Shown: in pieces, positions 28,071 through 41,742 of the stretch
Numbering within the stretch: position 1 is the first letter of the stretch
Layout of the letters: every line of letters begins with the position of its first letter
Source: Octopus vulgaris
Taxonomy: Eukaryota
Assembly: GCA_951406725.2 (NCBI GenBank)
Contig: OX597839.1
Location: 3,534,001 to 3,598,000 of the forward strand
DNA length: 64,000 nucleotides
Direction: 5' to 3'
The notes under the pieces: generated by a model
What the model saw: the letters and a program-made list of their open reading frames with translations, nothing else
What the model was told of the DNA's origin: nothing
The model's database searches: none
Program-made: the position numbers and the translations under genes

Positions 28071-29342
28071 AACACCTGTTCGTTTATGCGTGATTAAGAA
28101 AACAATTAATTTTTTACGACATACACAAAAATTTCTTGGCTGTTTGGTAAGAAGTCTGCTTCCCAACCATATGCTTCCGGGTTCAGTTTCACTGCATGGC
28201 ACTTTAGGCAAGTATTTTTTACTATAGACTTGGACTAACCAAAACCTTATGAGTGGATCTGGTGGAGGGAAACTGAAAGAAGCCCGACATATATGTTCTT
28301 TTATACGTTTCAGCCCTAACGTATGCTGGAGCACCGTTCCTGTGTTTGTCCGCCTCCAACGATTAGCAACCGGTGTTGGCGTGTTTTCGTCTGCGTAACT
28401 TAGCGGTTTAGCAAAAGGGAACAACAGAATAAGTACCAGGCATATAAAAAGACCCCCACCCCCCAAAAAAACAAAACAAAACAAAAGTCTGGCGTAGATT
28501 CGTTAGTCTAAAATTCTTTAAGTCGGTGCCCCATCATGGCCGCAATCTAATGAATGAAACGGGTAAAAGATAAAAACGATAAAAAGATTTTTTTTTTTAA
28601 TGACGAAACTCCCCTGGAAAAAAAATAATGACTATGTTGATAATGATGATAATGACAACGAAGAGTGTAAGAAGGAGTGGTTGGGGTCACGGTGGGGGAG
28701 TGGAGGGGCGGACGGGGTCGACATTATTTGAAAAGATTAGATAGTGGGTGACGCGTTATTAACATCTTAAATGATTAGTTAGGTGTATGAGTCCAAAATC
28801 TAAACTCTAACAAAATCGTGTTCACAGGAGAAATTTTTGTCCACTGTGTCTATTTCAATGTAAGGTGCTATATTATTCTGTCAGCAGGTAAGAAAAATTC
28901 CATATTATCATTATTATTATTATTATTGAGGGAGAGAGCAGTGCATGCCATCAAAGTGACACTGGGGTAAAATATACGAAGCCCAGTATACCCATCATGA
29001 ATACCCGTCTGATAAGGGTACACCAGACACATGCATCACAACCATATGTGCACGACATGGTGATCTCATATCAAGATAAACAGCACATGACCTTACAGGT
29101 CGGGCCCAGTTAGAATTTTCTTCTGGTCGAATAGCCCAACCCGCTCAAAAAGTCCCTGAATAAGGGTTATCTAAAGATGATGAGACGAAACACCCAAGCT
29201 TTCCTCTCAACACATGGCCATGGTGTTCCCCCACTACTTCTGCTTGTGATCAGAGATGCACATATCGTCAGTCACTAAAGGACATGCTCAGCCGGTTAAG
29301 GTCAAACAACCGACAAGCAAATCTGTGGTATTGAGCAGAATA

Positions 29343-29420
<78 letters not shown>

Positions 29421-29424
29421 CATC

Positions 29425-29720
29425 ATTGCCTTTGCACAGCTTCTAAAGCTGGAGATGTACTACAGTGTCAGCTGTTCACTACCAGTGAACACACAATGGT
29501 CTTAGTTCAGTGAAAGAAGGTGCTCTTATTTTTCGAGCACCTTCCGGAGTATTCGAGCGGTTTCAAGCAGTGCTGTTTTCTGCAAGTGCTCCACCCTTAT
29601 TGCAGCCCCTATTTGTTCCACGTACTTCTCGAGATTTCTGTTCACTGTTCCCAGGGCTCCGACAATTATTGGTACTACTGCTACCTTTTTCATCGACCAC
29701 AACTGCTTAACTTCCCAAGC
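29425..29720 (-). mobile_element. 5'-truncated R4/Dong-like RLE non-LTR retrotransposon in (TAA)n
   Basis: WEVKQLWSMKKVAVVPIIVGALGTV...LQKTALLETARILRKVLEK*; (TAA)n on both flanks. Confidence 0.8.
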
Positions 29721-29751
29721 TATTATTATTATTATTATAATTACTATTATG

Positions 29752-29800
<49 letters not shown>

Positions 29801-29814
29801 TATTATTATTATTA

Positions 29815-29952
<138 letters not shown>

Positions 29953-30834
29953 GGCTGCTGTTGTTGTTGTGAAGGAAGTAAGGCATATTTTTTGAGCTCC
30001 GTTAACAGTTGTCAATTTTTGTTGAAAATTTATTGAACACTTGTTTTGGCGGAATTATGATGTAAGCACATGCTAAAACCCTTCATAACCTTTTTTAAAA
30101 AAATTTTATGAAGTTTTGCAAAACTTTTTCGATTGTGCCTTCTGCATAATGGAATTGATAGGATTATGCAAAAAAAAAATAATAATAATAATTAATCCAT
30201 ATTTTAAAGCCATGAATTACTCCCCCACCCACTCCCATTTAAAAAAAAATTCATGGCTTTAAAATATGGATTGTCCGAATCTATCAATCGTTTCTCTTTA
30301 TTATTTCCAAATAATTTTTAACTACTTCAAAATCAAAATTGCATAAGTATGTGTGCCAGAAACAGAAGTTAAAAATTAAGGGAATACATTTTGGGGAGAT
30401 CACTTATTCTAATATCTTGTGAAACTTAAACATATACATGTATAAATGCATACAAAAACATAAATATATACACAAATACATTTTTACAGAGTTAGTTTTA
30501 TATACATATTCGTATATACAAAATTTAAAGGACTGACCACTAAAAGTGGACGGTCAACATGCTAGATATAGACGTCAAATCGCTATTTTCCACAAAATAT
30601 AAACTAGCTGACGTACTCAGTAATTCCTGGGAAAACGGGGCTTATCCCTTGGTTCCGTTCTCATAATTGTTTCGCTAATCCAGTAACAGCAATACAAAGT
30701 ATGTAGCCCTTAAAACGGTTTTTGGGCATTTATTGAATGGGTTATTTCCCTTGGCTATATGTGAGAATCCCTTTCAGGAGTGAATGGGTTATTTTTCTTG
30801 GATGTTTAAAAATAATATATTAGTTCTATGTTCC

Positions 30835-31838
30835 ATGAGGCTCCGGCAGGGGGTGATGGCGATCCCTGCTGTACTCTTTCGCCACAACTTTCTCTCACTC
30901 TTTCTTCTGTCGGCCTGCTCGTCTAGCCAGCGGGGTGGCGTCATTTGAAGCGCATTGTGACCAGCGATGTGTAGCAACATCTGATAGGGGGTGGTGGCGA
31001 TCCCTGCTGTACTTTTTCGCCACAACTTTCTCTCACTCTTTCTTCTGTCGGCCTGCTCGTCTAGCCAGCGGGGTGGCGTCATTTGAAGCGCATTGTGACC
31101 AGCGATGTGTAGCAACATCTGATAGGGGGTGGTGGCGATCCCTGCTGTACTTTTTCGCCACAACTTTCTCTCACTCTTTCTTCTGTCGGCCTGCTCGTCT
31201 AGCCAGCGGGGTGGCGTCATTTGAAGCGCATTGTGACCAGCGATGTGTAGCAACATCTGATAGGGGGTGGTGGCGATCCCTGCTGTACTTTTTCGCCACA
31301 ACTTTCTCTCACTCTTTCTTCTGTCGGCCTGCTCGTCTAGCCAGCAGGATGGCGTCATTTGAAGCGCATTGTGACCAGCGATGTATAGCAACATCTGATA
31401 GGGGGGCGATCCCTGCTGTACTTTTTCGTCACAACTTTCTCTCACTCTTTCTTCTGTCGGCCTGCTCGTCTAGCCAGCAGGATGGCGTCATTTGAAGCGC
31501 ATTGTGACCAGCGATGTGTAGCAACATCTGATAGGGGGTGGTGGCGATCCCTGCTGTACTTTTTCGTCACAACTTTCTCTCACTCTTTCTTCTTTTAGCC
31601 TGCTCGTCTAGCCAGCAGGATGGCGTCATTTGAAGCGCATTGTGACCAGCGATGTATAGCAACATCTGATAGGGGGTGGTGGCGATCCCTGCTGTACTTT
31701 TTCGCCACAACTTTCTCTCACTCTTTCTTCTGTTGGCCTGCTCGTCTAGCCAGCGGGATGGCGTCATTTGAAGCGCATTGGGACCAGCGATGTGTAGCAA
31801 CATCTGATAGCCTGGTCGGTCACGGTGATCACGGTGAT
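30835..31838 (+). repeat. Tandem array, 7 x 138 bp, of a family B SINE internal segment
   Basis: GATCCCTGCTGTAC at 30861, 30999, 31137, 31275, 31408, 31546, 31684; single tail at end. Confidence 0.95.
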
Positions 31839-33276
31839 ATACATTCATACATACATTCACACAAGCACAAACACGTATATAAACGGAGACAGAGAGAGAG
31901 AGTGGGATGAGAAGATAAAGAAATAGATATTCATATTGTCTATATGTTCATACATACACACGTTTATGCATCTAAGAAAATGATTTCGTGGATTTTTTTT
32001 TCTAGTGCTTTGATTGTGGAGGATAATCTTAATACTCTTCTGAACAGGGATTTTACCGTTGACACTTCCTGTTTGTGTGAGGACATTCTCTGTCTCCAAG
32101 TAAGTATTTACGTTTCTTATTCGGGTTCTTGTTGCACACAGGTATGATGTATGCGCCATTTGATATTTTCGTAATTTTAAGGTTTGAAACTGAATCAATA
32201 TATTGGTTTCAGATTTTGGTACAAGGCCAGCAATTTCGAAAGGAGGGATATCGACCCTCTAGTGCTCGACTGGTATTTATTTTATCGATCCCGAAAGGCT
32301 GAAAAGCAAAGTCGACCTCGGCGGAATTTCAACTCAGAACGTGAAGACAGACGTAATACCTATTTCATTTACTACCCACAAGGGGTTATACACAGAGTGG
32401 ACAAACAAGGGCAGACAAACTGATTAAGTCGATTATATCGAACCCAGTGCATAACTGGTACTTATTTAATCGACCCCGAAAGGATGAAAGGCAAAGTCGA
32501 CCTCGGCGGAATTTGAACTCAGAACGTAGCGGCAGACGAAATACCGCTAAGCGTTTTGTCCGGCGTGCTAACGATTCCGGCAGCTCGCTGGCTTGAAATT
32601 GAATGAATATATTGGTTTCGCGACCAGTAATTTCGGAGGGGGAGGTAAATCAATTACATCGGCCCCATTCCGTAATGCTCAACTGTTATTTATTTTATCG
32701 ACCCCGAAAGGATGAAAAGCAAAGTCGACTTCAGCAGAATTTGAACCCAGGACGTAATGACGGAAGAAATGCCGCTAAGCATTTTGCTCGGTGCTAACGA
32801 TTCTGCCAGCTCCGTCACCTTAAAGCGCAGGGTGATGTTATTTTCAAGAAACGCTGTTGTATTCTCGCACAGAATCATTCTCATTGATGTTTGAAAGTTT
32901 TACTTTCTTCTCAGGAGACGGAAGTTGCAGGATAGTATTATTCTCTATAGCATTCTCTGACAGGATCATTGTCATTAAATCAGTTCACGATGTCCAAGAA
33001 TTTTGTAGCCCTCTTGAGAAACGATATCATTTTCAAGGAAGAAAGTTCAATCAACATCATTTCCATCAATACTGTCAATGATGTCTGTAAATTTTATGGT
33101 AGATACTGTGGAATTCAGTCGTCATAAGAATTGATTTTGGTACTGAATAGCAAAGTGGAATTTAAACTCAGAACTACGCACCGGATTTTTTATGGATTTT
33201 TAAGTTTATGGATGTTAAAAGATTACCTTTAGCTAGTTCACACATATTCATACATACATTCATATATATATATATA

Positions 33277-34307
33277 TCTTTATATATATAAAACTGAGAA
33301 TGTGTGTATGTCTGTCTGTGTGTTTCCCTAAAACTTGAGAACTACACAACCAATTTCATTCAAATTTTACACATGCCTTACTTAGGGTCCATGTAGTTTC
33401 ATGGGCAAAAAAATGTTCAACTTCTTGCCTAGAGCGAGCCCATAGCAATATCATATCTTCTCCACAATTTCAGTATTACGTGTTAAAGTGAAACAAAAAT
33501 ATTTCTCTATTTTATGTCAGATGCTTTCACTTTAACAATAAAAATAATAATAACAATTGAATTATATGTAGTAAGTAATAATTAAAATCAAACTAAAGTA
33601 TAATATAATCGTAACATAACAAAAGTAAAAATAGCAATTGGTATAAAATTGCATCAATGATTTGAACTTGAATAAGTGGTTTCACATGAATGGGAATAAA
33701 TTAAAAATAAAATTAGCGTGCAGAAATGGAATAGTCCAGATGGATAATAAAAAATCAAATTAAAGAAAAGACTATTGTCTATAAAGTATACAATGTAGAG
33801 AAAAAAGAAGATTTGAACACATGGAGGAAAGCACCTTCGAAAAGTGTCTTGGTGCAACTATGAAAAATATCTAATCAGAGGCGGTAAATTCGCCACAATA
33901 GAAGCAAGGTTCAAGTCAACGGAGCGTGCAAAAGAGTACTCGACTCGAACTTGCAAAGTGGAAATATTTTATCTTTACCTTTATATCTGGGACGTAGGAC
34001 GTCCCGGAAAAAAATTTTTAATGTGTCCCCCCCCCAGAAGTAGCGGTAGGCTGGATTGTAGCCACACTTCTATACAAAAGGGAGGACAAGATACAATTGA
34101 TCGAAATTACAAGAGACGGGCTAACAATTCCAGTCTGTTATATATTTTGAGTATTGTTATCACTAGCGATATCAAGATATAACTTTGTATTTTGCATTTT
34201 ATGTGTAGATGTATATATATAGATGTACATGTAATATGTACACATATATATACACATATATACATGCACTAGCTCTATGACCCGGCAACGACGGGTCTTT
34301 AATGCTA

Positions 34308-34308
<1 letters not shown>
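33277..34308 (+). mobile_element. Non-autonomous Helitron
   Basis: 5' TCTTTATATATATAAAACTGAG; 3' GACCCG..CGGGTC hairpin + CTAG. Confidence 0.7.
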
Positions 34309-34394
<86 letters not shown>

Positions 34395-34410
34395 TACCAA
34401 CCTACCTACA

Positions 34411-34470
<60 letters not shown>

Positions 34471-34476
<6 letters not shown>

Positions 34477-34756
34477 CAGGGCTGGACTGCTAGGTAGCCG
34501 GCCGTATGCTAGAAACAGATCATCAACGATCAAACTACAAAGGAAGTAATTATGTAAGTAATTCTTTTGTTAAAGGCCGAAACCGAGGTATGCATTTAAG
34601 TCTGTTTTTTATATAAATTTTCATCTGTCCTGCCCGCCAAATTTGGTTCTGGTGTTCGCTGAATTTTTCCTCTAGAGAATTTCCTTTGTAGTTTTGATCG
34701 TTGATGATCTGTTTCTAGCATACGGCCGGCTACCTAGCAGTCCAGCCCTGCCAATA
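34471..34756. mobile_element. Fold-back/MITE element with ~75-bp near-perfect TIRs in (TA)n
   Basis: TATTGGCAGGGCTGGACTGCTAGGTAGCC... inverted at the other end. Confidence 0.8.
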
Positions 34757-34861
34757 TACACATATACTAGAATTTTCTCTGACTTCTCAGATTTTTTGTA
34801 TGCTGGACTACTGGTTTTAAATTGATATTAAAATTAATATTAATTTATCTCCCTCATTATT

Positions 34862-34950
<89 letters not shown>

Positions 34951-34984
34951 ACCAATTTACCTACATACATACATACATGTATAC

Positions 34985-35460
34985 ATCGAAGATTTGCCAG
35001 CAGCTGTTTGCAAATGTTGACACGTCATTGATCTTGATCATTGGTTAATTCGCGAGAAACTTTCCGACAGCATCTGTTCATAAGGCTGAGTTTATGCAAG
35101 TATCGATTGATGGAGGCTTTGTAAAGAACCAAGTTCTGCCGACACTGTACGAGTGCTTGTGCTTGGTTGTTATTCAACCGTTTCAAGCAGGGCCTCATCT
35201 TCCACAACGAAAGGTTCCTTCGTTTTGGCTTGTCACTGAGGCTGGTGTCACCTTCCTTAAAACGTCAGAACCAGTTTTGTGTTACACGTGCGTTGATTGT
35301 TCTTGGGCTTTCCACATCATTAACATCTTTTGCTACTGTCCTTGTACTTTGTTCCTTCCCCCGCAAGTAGTATAAAATGGCTCTAATTGAAATTTTTTCA
35401 CCGCTCGTTATCAAAGTTGTAAAATGAACAGAGTTAATGCTTTATATGTTACATATAAAG
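34985..35460 (-). mobile_element. Degenerate mariner N-terminal remnant
   Basis: QNWF.RFKEGDTSLSDKP HTH linker motif. Confidence 0.6.
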
Positions 35461-36167
35461 AATAAACGAAGAGTCAAAATAAAGAATAAACAATTCAGCA
35501 ACGATTGGGCAATAAGTTGTATCAAATTAATGATATATCTGTTTCTTTACTACCCACAAGAGGTTAAACACAGAGAGGACAAACAAGGACAGACAAACGG
35601 ATTAAGTCAATCATATCGATCCCAGTGCGTAACTGGTACTTAATTTATCGACCCCGAAAGGATGAAAGGCAAAGTCGACTTCTGCGGAATTTGAACTCAG
35701 AACGTAACAGCAGACGAAATACCGCTACGCATTTCGCCAGGCGCGCTGACGTTTCTGCCAGCTCGCCGCCTTCATGGATATAGAAGTTGCCAGAAAAATC
35801 ATCAGTGAAGGTCCGAAAAAGCTTTTGACTCACATATATTTATGTATGTATTTATATATGATGTTTGTTCTTTCTTGAGCCACGCCTGGTTCATAAGGGC
35901 CGGTATCCCAGTTTCTTTGGCGTAAAGTTTCCCCACATGGTCGGCACGCTGGTCCGTCGCAAGAGAGCTGCAAGATGCAGGAGGAAAGAGTGAAAGAAAG
36001 TTGTGGCGAAAGAGTCAACAGAAGTTCGCCATTACCTTCTGCCAGAGCCGCGTGGAGCTCAGGCGTTTCGCTCATAAACACACACATCGCCCGGTCTGTG
36101 ATTCGAACCCGCGATCCCTCGACCGCGAGTCCGCTGCTCTAACCACTAGGCTATGTGCCTCCACATT

Positions 36168-36245
<78 letters not shown>

Positions 36246-36630
36246 GGCGCAGGAGTGGCTGTGTGGTAAGTAGCTTGTTTACCAACCACATGGTTCCGGG
36301 TTCAGTCCCACTGCGTGGCACCTTGGGCAAGTGTCTTCTACTATAGCCTCGGGCCGACCAAAGCCTTGTGAGTGGATTTGATAGACGGAAACTGAAAGAA
36401 GCCCGTCGTATATATGTATATATATATATGCTTGTGTGTGTTTGTGTGTCTGTGTTTGTCCCCCTAGCATTGCTTGACAACCGATGCTGGTGTGTTTATG
36501 TCCCCGTTACTTAGCGGTTCGGCAAAAGAGACCGATAGAATAAGTACTGGGCTTACAAAAGAATAAGTACCGGGGTCGAGTTGCTCGATTAAAGGCGCTG
36601 CTCCAGCATGGCCGCATTCAAAAGAGTAAA
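36246..36630 (+). mobile_element. Full-length tRNA-derived CORE-like SINE (family A)
   Basis: A/B boxes then CCTTGGGCAAGT; further copies near 2060-2430, 11850-12290, 17387-17527, 22085-22550, 47212-47360, 58880-59300. Confidence 0.85.
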
Positions 36631-36822
36631 AGAGTATATATATATACAAATAAGAAAATGGAGGAACAGAATCCTTTCAATCATCAACTTACAGATAATA
36701 TCAATTCATATAATTTATTAACTAATTAAATAGGAACATCCACATCCAACAGAATAAAACAGAATAAAACAATATACATCAATAAGTAAGATAATACCAT
36801 AAAAATATTACATATAAAATGG

Positions 36823-36948
36823 ATCTTACAGCTGTTTCAGCCTGTAGATAAAGGTATCTCATTGTACCTATATTAGTCAGATGTATTGAGGTAATATGCA
36901 GTTATAAATGAATTACTTATATATATATCTCAAGGCCTCGTCAGAGAT
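36823..36948 (-). ncRNA. Type I hammerhead ribozyme (PLE-type) with ~99-nt stem-loop II
   Basis: Minus strand: ATCT-CTGACGA-GGCCT...AGGCT-GAAAC-AGCT-GTA-AGAT; intact core, stem I ATCT/AGAT, palindromic loop III. Confidence 0.75.
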
Positions 36949-37028
36949 TATAAAGTACAATTATGAAAATATAAAATGCAAATATAAATATGAAACAAAA
37001 TACACATACACAAGAATATATACAAGAA

Positions 37029-37064
<36 letters not shown>

Positions 37065-37139
37065 TGTATATACATATATATGAATATAATAATATACATA
37101 CACATAAGGTTACAGATAATCAAATATATATACTGGAGT

Positions 37140-37186
<47 letters not shown>

Positions 37187-37810
37187 TAATCCAAACAAGA
37201 AAACAAAAAAGACGACAACGCGAGGATGTGGAATAAATAAAGTATTATTGGACGCTCAGGAAAGAAGGGAAGAAGGAGGGTATGACGTTTCGAGCGGAGC
37301 TCTTCGTTGGAAACATAGGAGAAAGAAAGATCCCGAGGCGGGAGGACAGAGGGAAAAAAATGCAGGTAGTCTTCACGAGGTCACATACTGAAAAGACGGA
37401 AGTGGTGAAAAAGGAGGAACATGTTTTTAAAAACAGGAGAGCTGAATCAAAGAAGGAATGGTAAAAAGGTTTGCGAGATGACAAGGGTGTGTGTGTGAGT
37501 GTGTGCGTGTGTATGTATGTGTGTGTATGGTGGACAATGGCTAGTGGCAGGTAGTAGTAGAATTAAAGGAGTGGTGTGGGGGTATATATATATATGCTTA
37601 ATTCATAATACAATAAGATGCACTGAATAGTCTTAATCTAAATGACAACATTTGCTTCTGTACGCTAGTAACATCCATTATTTGCTGACTTTTATATTTC
37701 ATGCATATTACAATATAATTATCATAGAAATATGAACCAGCAACAGCTGTGTACTCGCACGTCATTAGGTGAATCACACACGCACACACATACTCACACA
37801 TGTATATATA

Positions 37811-38192
37811 TCTCTCTGTATATAAAGCTGAAGTTGTCTGTGTATGGCAGATTTGGTAGCCTTCAACTAACACTATCTCCTCCGAGACCCTGACCAAAAT
37901 TGAGAATATGATAGAAGAAGGCTTGCTCTTCCTTCCGTAGAAGAAAAAATTCAAATCGGACCATGTTAACACCCAAAATTATTTACATCAAAAAGGTGCT
38001 TTTTTTTCTATGAAAATCCCTATTTTTTTAACGATTTTTTGACTGCTGTGTCGTCATTTTTCGGTGTTTTTCAACCAGAAAAATGTTCACTTAAAGAGAA
38101 TAACAAGCTACATAATGCAAAATTTTTAGTTTTCAACAATTCCAATTCTAAAGGGTCGAAACAAACCCGAGCAACGCCGGGCGATATTGCTA

Positions 38193-38193
<1 letters not shown>
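37811..38193 (+). mobile_element. Non-autonomous Helitron
   Basis: 5' TC, 3' CCCG..CGGG hairpin + CTAG; another 3' end at 38708-38738. Confidence 0.65.
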
Positions 38194-38258
<65 letters not shown>

Positions 38259-38737
38259 ATATAACGAACTATTTTTAAACAAGGAAAGAACCGTGTACAA
38301 GACATACAACACAAGGAATATTCCCCTTCTTCAGTTGTACCTGTTTCGTCTACTCCGCTTTTCGAAGGTAAGGACTGTTCTTAATGTCTTTTTCTTGTTA
38401 TCACTTTTACCCCTCCGCAAAAAATCCCTAATTTTATTTAATTTGCTTTGCGGGAAGGACTGTTTCAACGAAGTCACGTCTTGTCCTTACCTTTCGAAAA
38501 CTTTTAAAAAGAGTACATTTTTGCCCTATTTTTAGATTTAGTTTTTTTCTGTTTGCGTTATTTGGTTGACATGGCATTGTGTTAAAGGCCAAAATTTTAG
38601 CTTTCATTTGCACCATGAGCCGTCAAAATATACAAGAAAAAAGTATCAAATTTCACAAAATTTTAAGTAATCATCAATATCTATAAAGCTGAAATGCGAA
38701 AACCAAAACCCGAGCGAAGCACGGGTCAAAATAGCTA

Positions 38738-38790
<53 letters not shown>

Positions 38791-38851
38791 ATTTAAGGTC
38801 TAATTCTTTCATATTCTTTATGTCTTTTTCATAACTTCCAACCCCAATAGA

Positions 38852-38960
38852 ATGATGAGGCTACTATTGAAGCTGTTCCGGAAGAAACCGGTGGACTGTA
38901 ATGAATTGCAGACGACCAAGCTTTCTCGAGTTCTTACACTATTGGATCTTATACTCTTGG
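38852..38960 (+). CDS. CAT coding exon 1 ([37 protein letters not shown])
   Basis: AG one base before ATG; RKK..L.R.L...DL N-terminal CAT motif; GTGAGT donor, phase 1. Confidence 0.9.
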
Positions 38961-41685
38961 GTGAGTTTTCAATCTTTTATTTCCTTCTTATTCGTGTTAA
39001 GATCCTGACATATTGATATGTTTGGTTTTCGGTGTTTGATGTCTGAAGGAGAACAGTAATACAGAACACACGCATTTAGAGTGTAAAAATATAATGTTAC
39101 AGGTTTTAGATATTTCTATGTCAGTTTAGCACGCTGGGAAAAATTCTTAGTGGTATTTCGCCCGTCGCTACGTTCTGAGTTCAAATTCCGCCGAGGTAGA
39201 CTTTACCTTTCATCCTTTCGCGGTCGATAAAATAAGTACCAGTTGAATACTGGGATCGATGTAATCAACTCGTCCCTTTCCTCTTAATTACTGCCCTTGT
39301 GGTAAAATTTGAAACCGTTATATGCCGGACATTATATATCAGGTATCGTATGTCATTGCTTTTCACAGCTGACTACTTTGCAGAATGCAGCCGAGGTGTG
39401 AAGACAACCTGGAAGTTCGCCGTGCAATAAGGTTTTGTGTTAGACCAGACAAAAACGCTACAGAAGCTTACGAAACGCTCCTCGTTATGATTAACTTGCA
39501 TGAACCGAGAATCTGTTTTTCACTGGTACAAGAGGCCATTTGTGAGGTGAAATGGACAGGTAGACAATAAGTACTTGATTTTCAGTAACACGTGATTAGA
39601 TCCTGTGACTGGAAGTAAACTCCATAAAAGCTATTAAGACTATTCCATATCTATTCTCCATAGATATTCTTTCCTTTTGTACTTTCATTTTTTAGGACGA
39701 CAGGGAGCTGATGATTTGAAGATATGGTTGCTATTTCTGACCAGTCGAAAGACCACTACGTACATAAAAACCAATTTCATTGGCTCGACTTTAAATCATA
39801 GTTTTTTTTTGGCCTTCTTTCTTTCTTACAGGAGTGGGAAGTACCCTAGGAGCTGGCGCCTATGTGTTATCAGGAGAGGTTGCCAAGTCAAAGGCAGGTC
39901 CATCAATTATTCTGTCCTTCTTTGTAGCAGCCATTGTATCAGTGCTTGCAGGTTTGTTAACATCTTACTTTGGATTTGTCTTGTAACTTATTCTGGTGTT
40001 GAGTTTGCTTAGTTTTGTTGTCATTCAGATGTTAACATTTTCCCTCTTTTTCCATCATTTTATTATACTTTGAATAAGCATACATTCATTTCGTTTTTGA
40101 AAATTTCGATAGCTGCTTGTTATTGATGATATTGTTGCTGTTGATGAAGACACATGATCTTGTGGTTAGAGTGTTGCGCTCACGATTGCGAGATCGTGGG
40201 TTCAATTCCCGTACTGGGCAGTGCGTTGTGCTCTTGAGTTTATCTGACGTTGCTGTGCGATCACGTCGACATCTGACGTGTGGCACAATGTGCACCTGTA
40301 CAGGTATTGTCGATTTGAGTTAAGAAGTGAGCTAATGTACAGCACCATGTTCTTCAGATTAAGAGACTAACACGAAGTTGTTGTCCAGCTCCAGGCAGCC
40401 CCTGACAGAGTATACTTTGGCAGATGTAGATGGACCTAGGCAGATGTAGACAGACCTTGACAGATGTAGTCAGGCCTTGGCATACGTAGGCAGACATTGA
40501 CAGATGTAGACTGAATTTGGCAGGCGTAGACAGACGTTGGCAGATGTAGATAGACCTTAGCAAACGTACTTAGACCTTGGCAGTTGTAAACAGACGTTGG
40601 CAAACATAGACAAACATTGAAAGACGTAAACAAACATTGACAGACGTAGACAGACCTTGGCAGACATAGACACATTGGCAGACGTAGACCGACTCTGACA
40701 GAAAGAGACAGACTTTGGCAAACGTAGATGCCACGCTGTGGGGGTATAAACACAAAACTTTATTGTTGGGAAGCATAAGTACATTGTCTAAACCCATCCA
40801 ATAATTATTTGAAATGCTAACATTTTCTTTTTCTTTACCCTTTCTCTCTCAATTGGTCTTTCTTTTCCTGTCAGGGCTTTGTTATGCTGAATTTGGGGCC
40901 CGAGTGCCAAAGACTGGCTCTGCCTATGTCTATAGCTACATCACAATAGGTGAACTGATTGCTTTTATCATTGGGTGGAACCTCATCCTGGAATATGCCA
41001 TTGGTGAGTAACTTTATTCCCCATATTTCGTTTTGGGATTTGGTTTGCAAGATTCTTTATATGAGTTCGTGCGTGGAAGCATATTCTGTTGTGTCAGGGG
41101 AGAGTCATTTTCTTTTTGTGCCTTATAATATAACACACTCACCGGTAAAATTTCCACTTTTTTTCTTAATTTTATTTTCCTAAAATTTTCGTTGCGTCTT
41201 GCAACCTTTTCAATAGTTCATTCCCCATATTTTTATGAACCACACCATTCTTTTAATTTCTCTTTGCTTTTCTCTCTCTCTCTCTCATTCAGATTCCCTC
41301 TCTTCCTGTCTGCGTATGAAGCGCTTGCTGTCTTGCGTTCCTCCTCAGTTGCATCCAATTTCTCAAACGCAGGGGGACATAGAACTGTGTTGTCTTTCTT
41401 TTATTTTCCTCTTGTCTCATTGTCAATTTTATTTTCAAGAACTGACAAAAGCGTTGAATACGCAGCAATTCCACTGAACTTTTTCTGACACTATTCCAAA
41501 TAACAAAGGTCTTGATGTGCGCGCGCGCGCGTGCTTGTGCAACAATTAGCTTCACCACACACCGAAGTTTTAGAAATAGCAGTCAAAATCTTAGCTATTC
41601 TTTCTACTTTAAAGGGAGTTCCCAGAAAAACCAAAGCACTTGAAGACAAACCACGTAGGCAAAAGGGGAAAAAATGACAAAAATC

Positions 41686-41742
<57 letters not shown>

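Noticed and set aside
30789-31910. 218-aa and 186-aa repeat ORFs
   Set aside because: 138-bp SINE-derived unit divisible by three; no protein family signal
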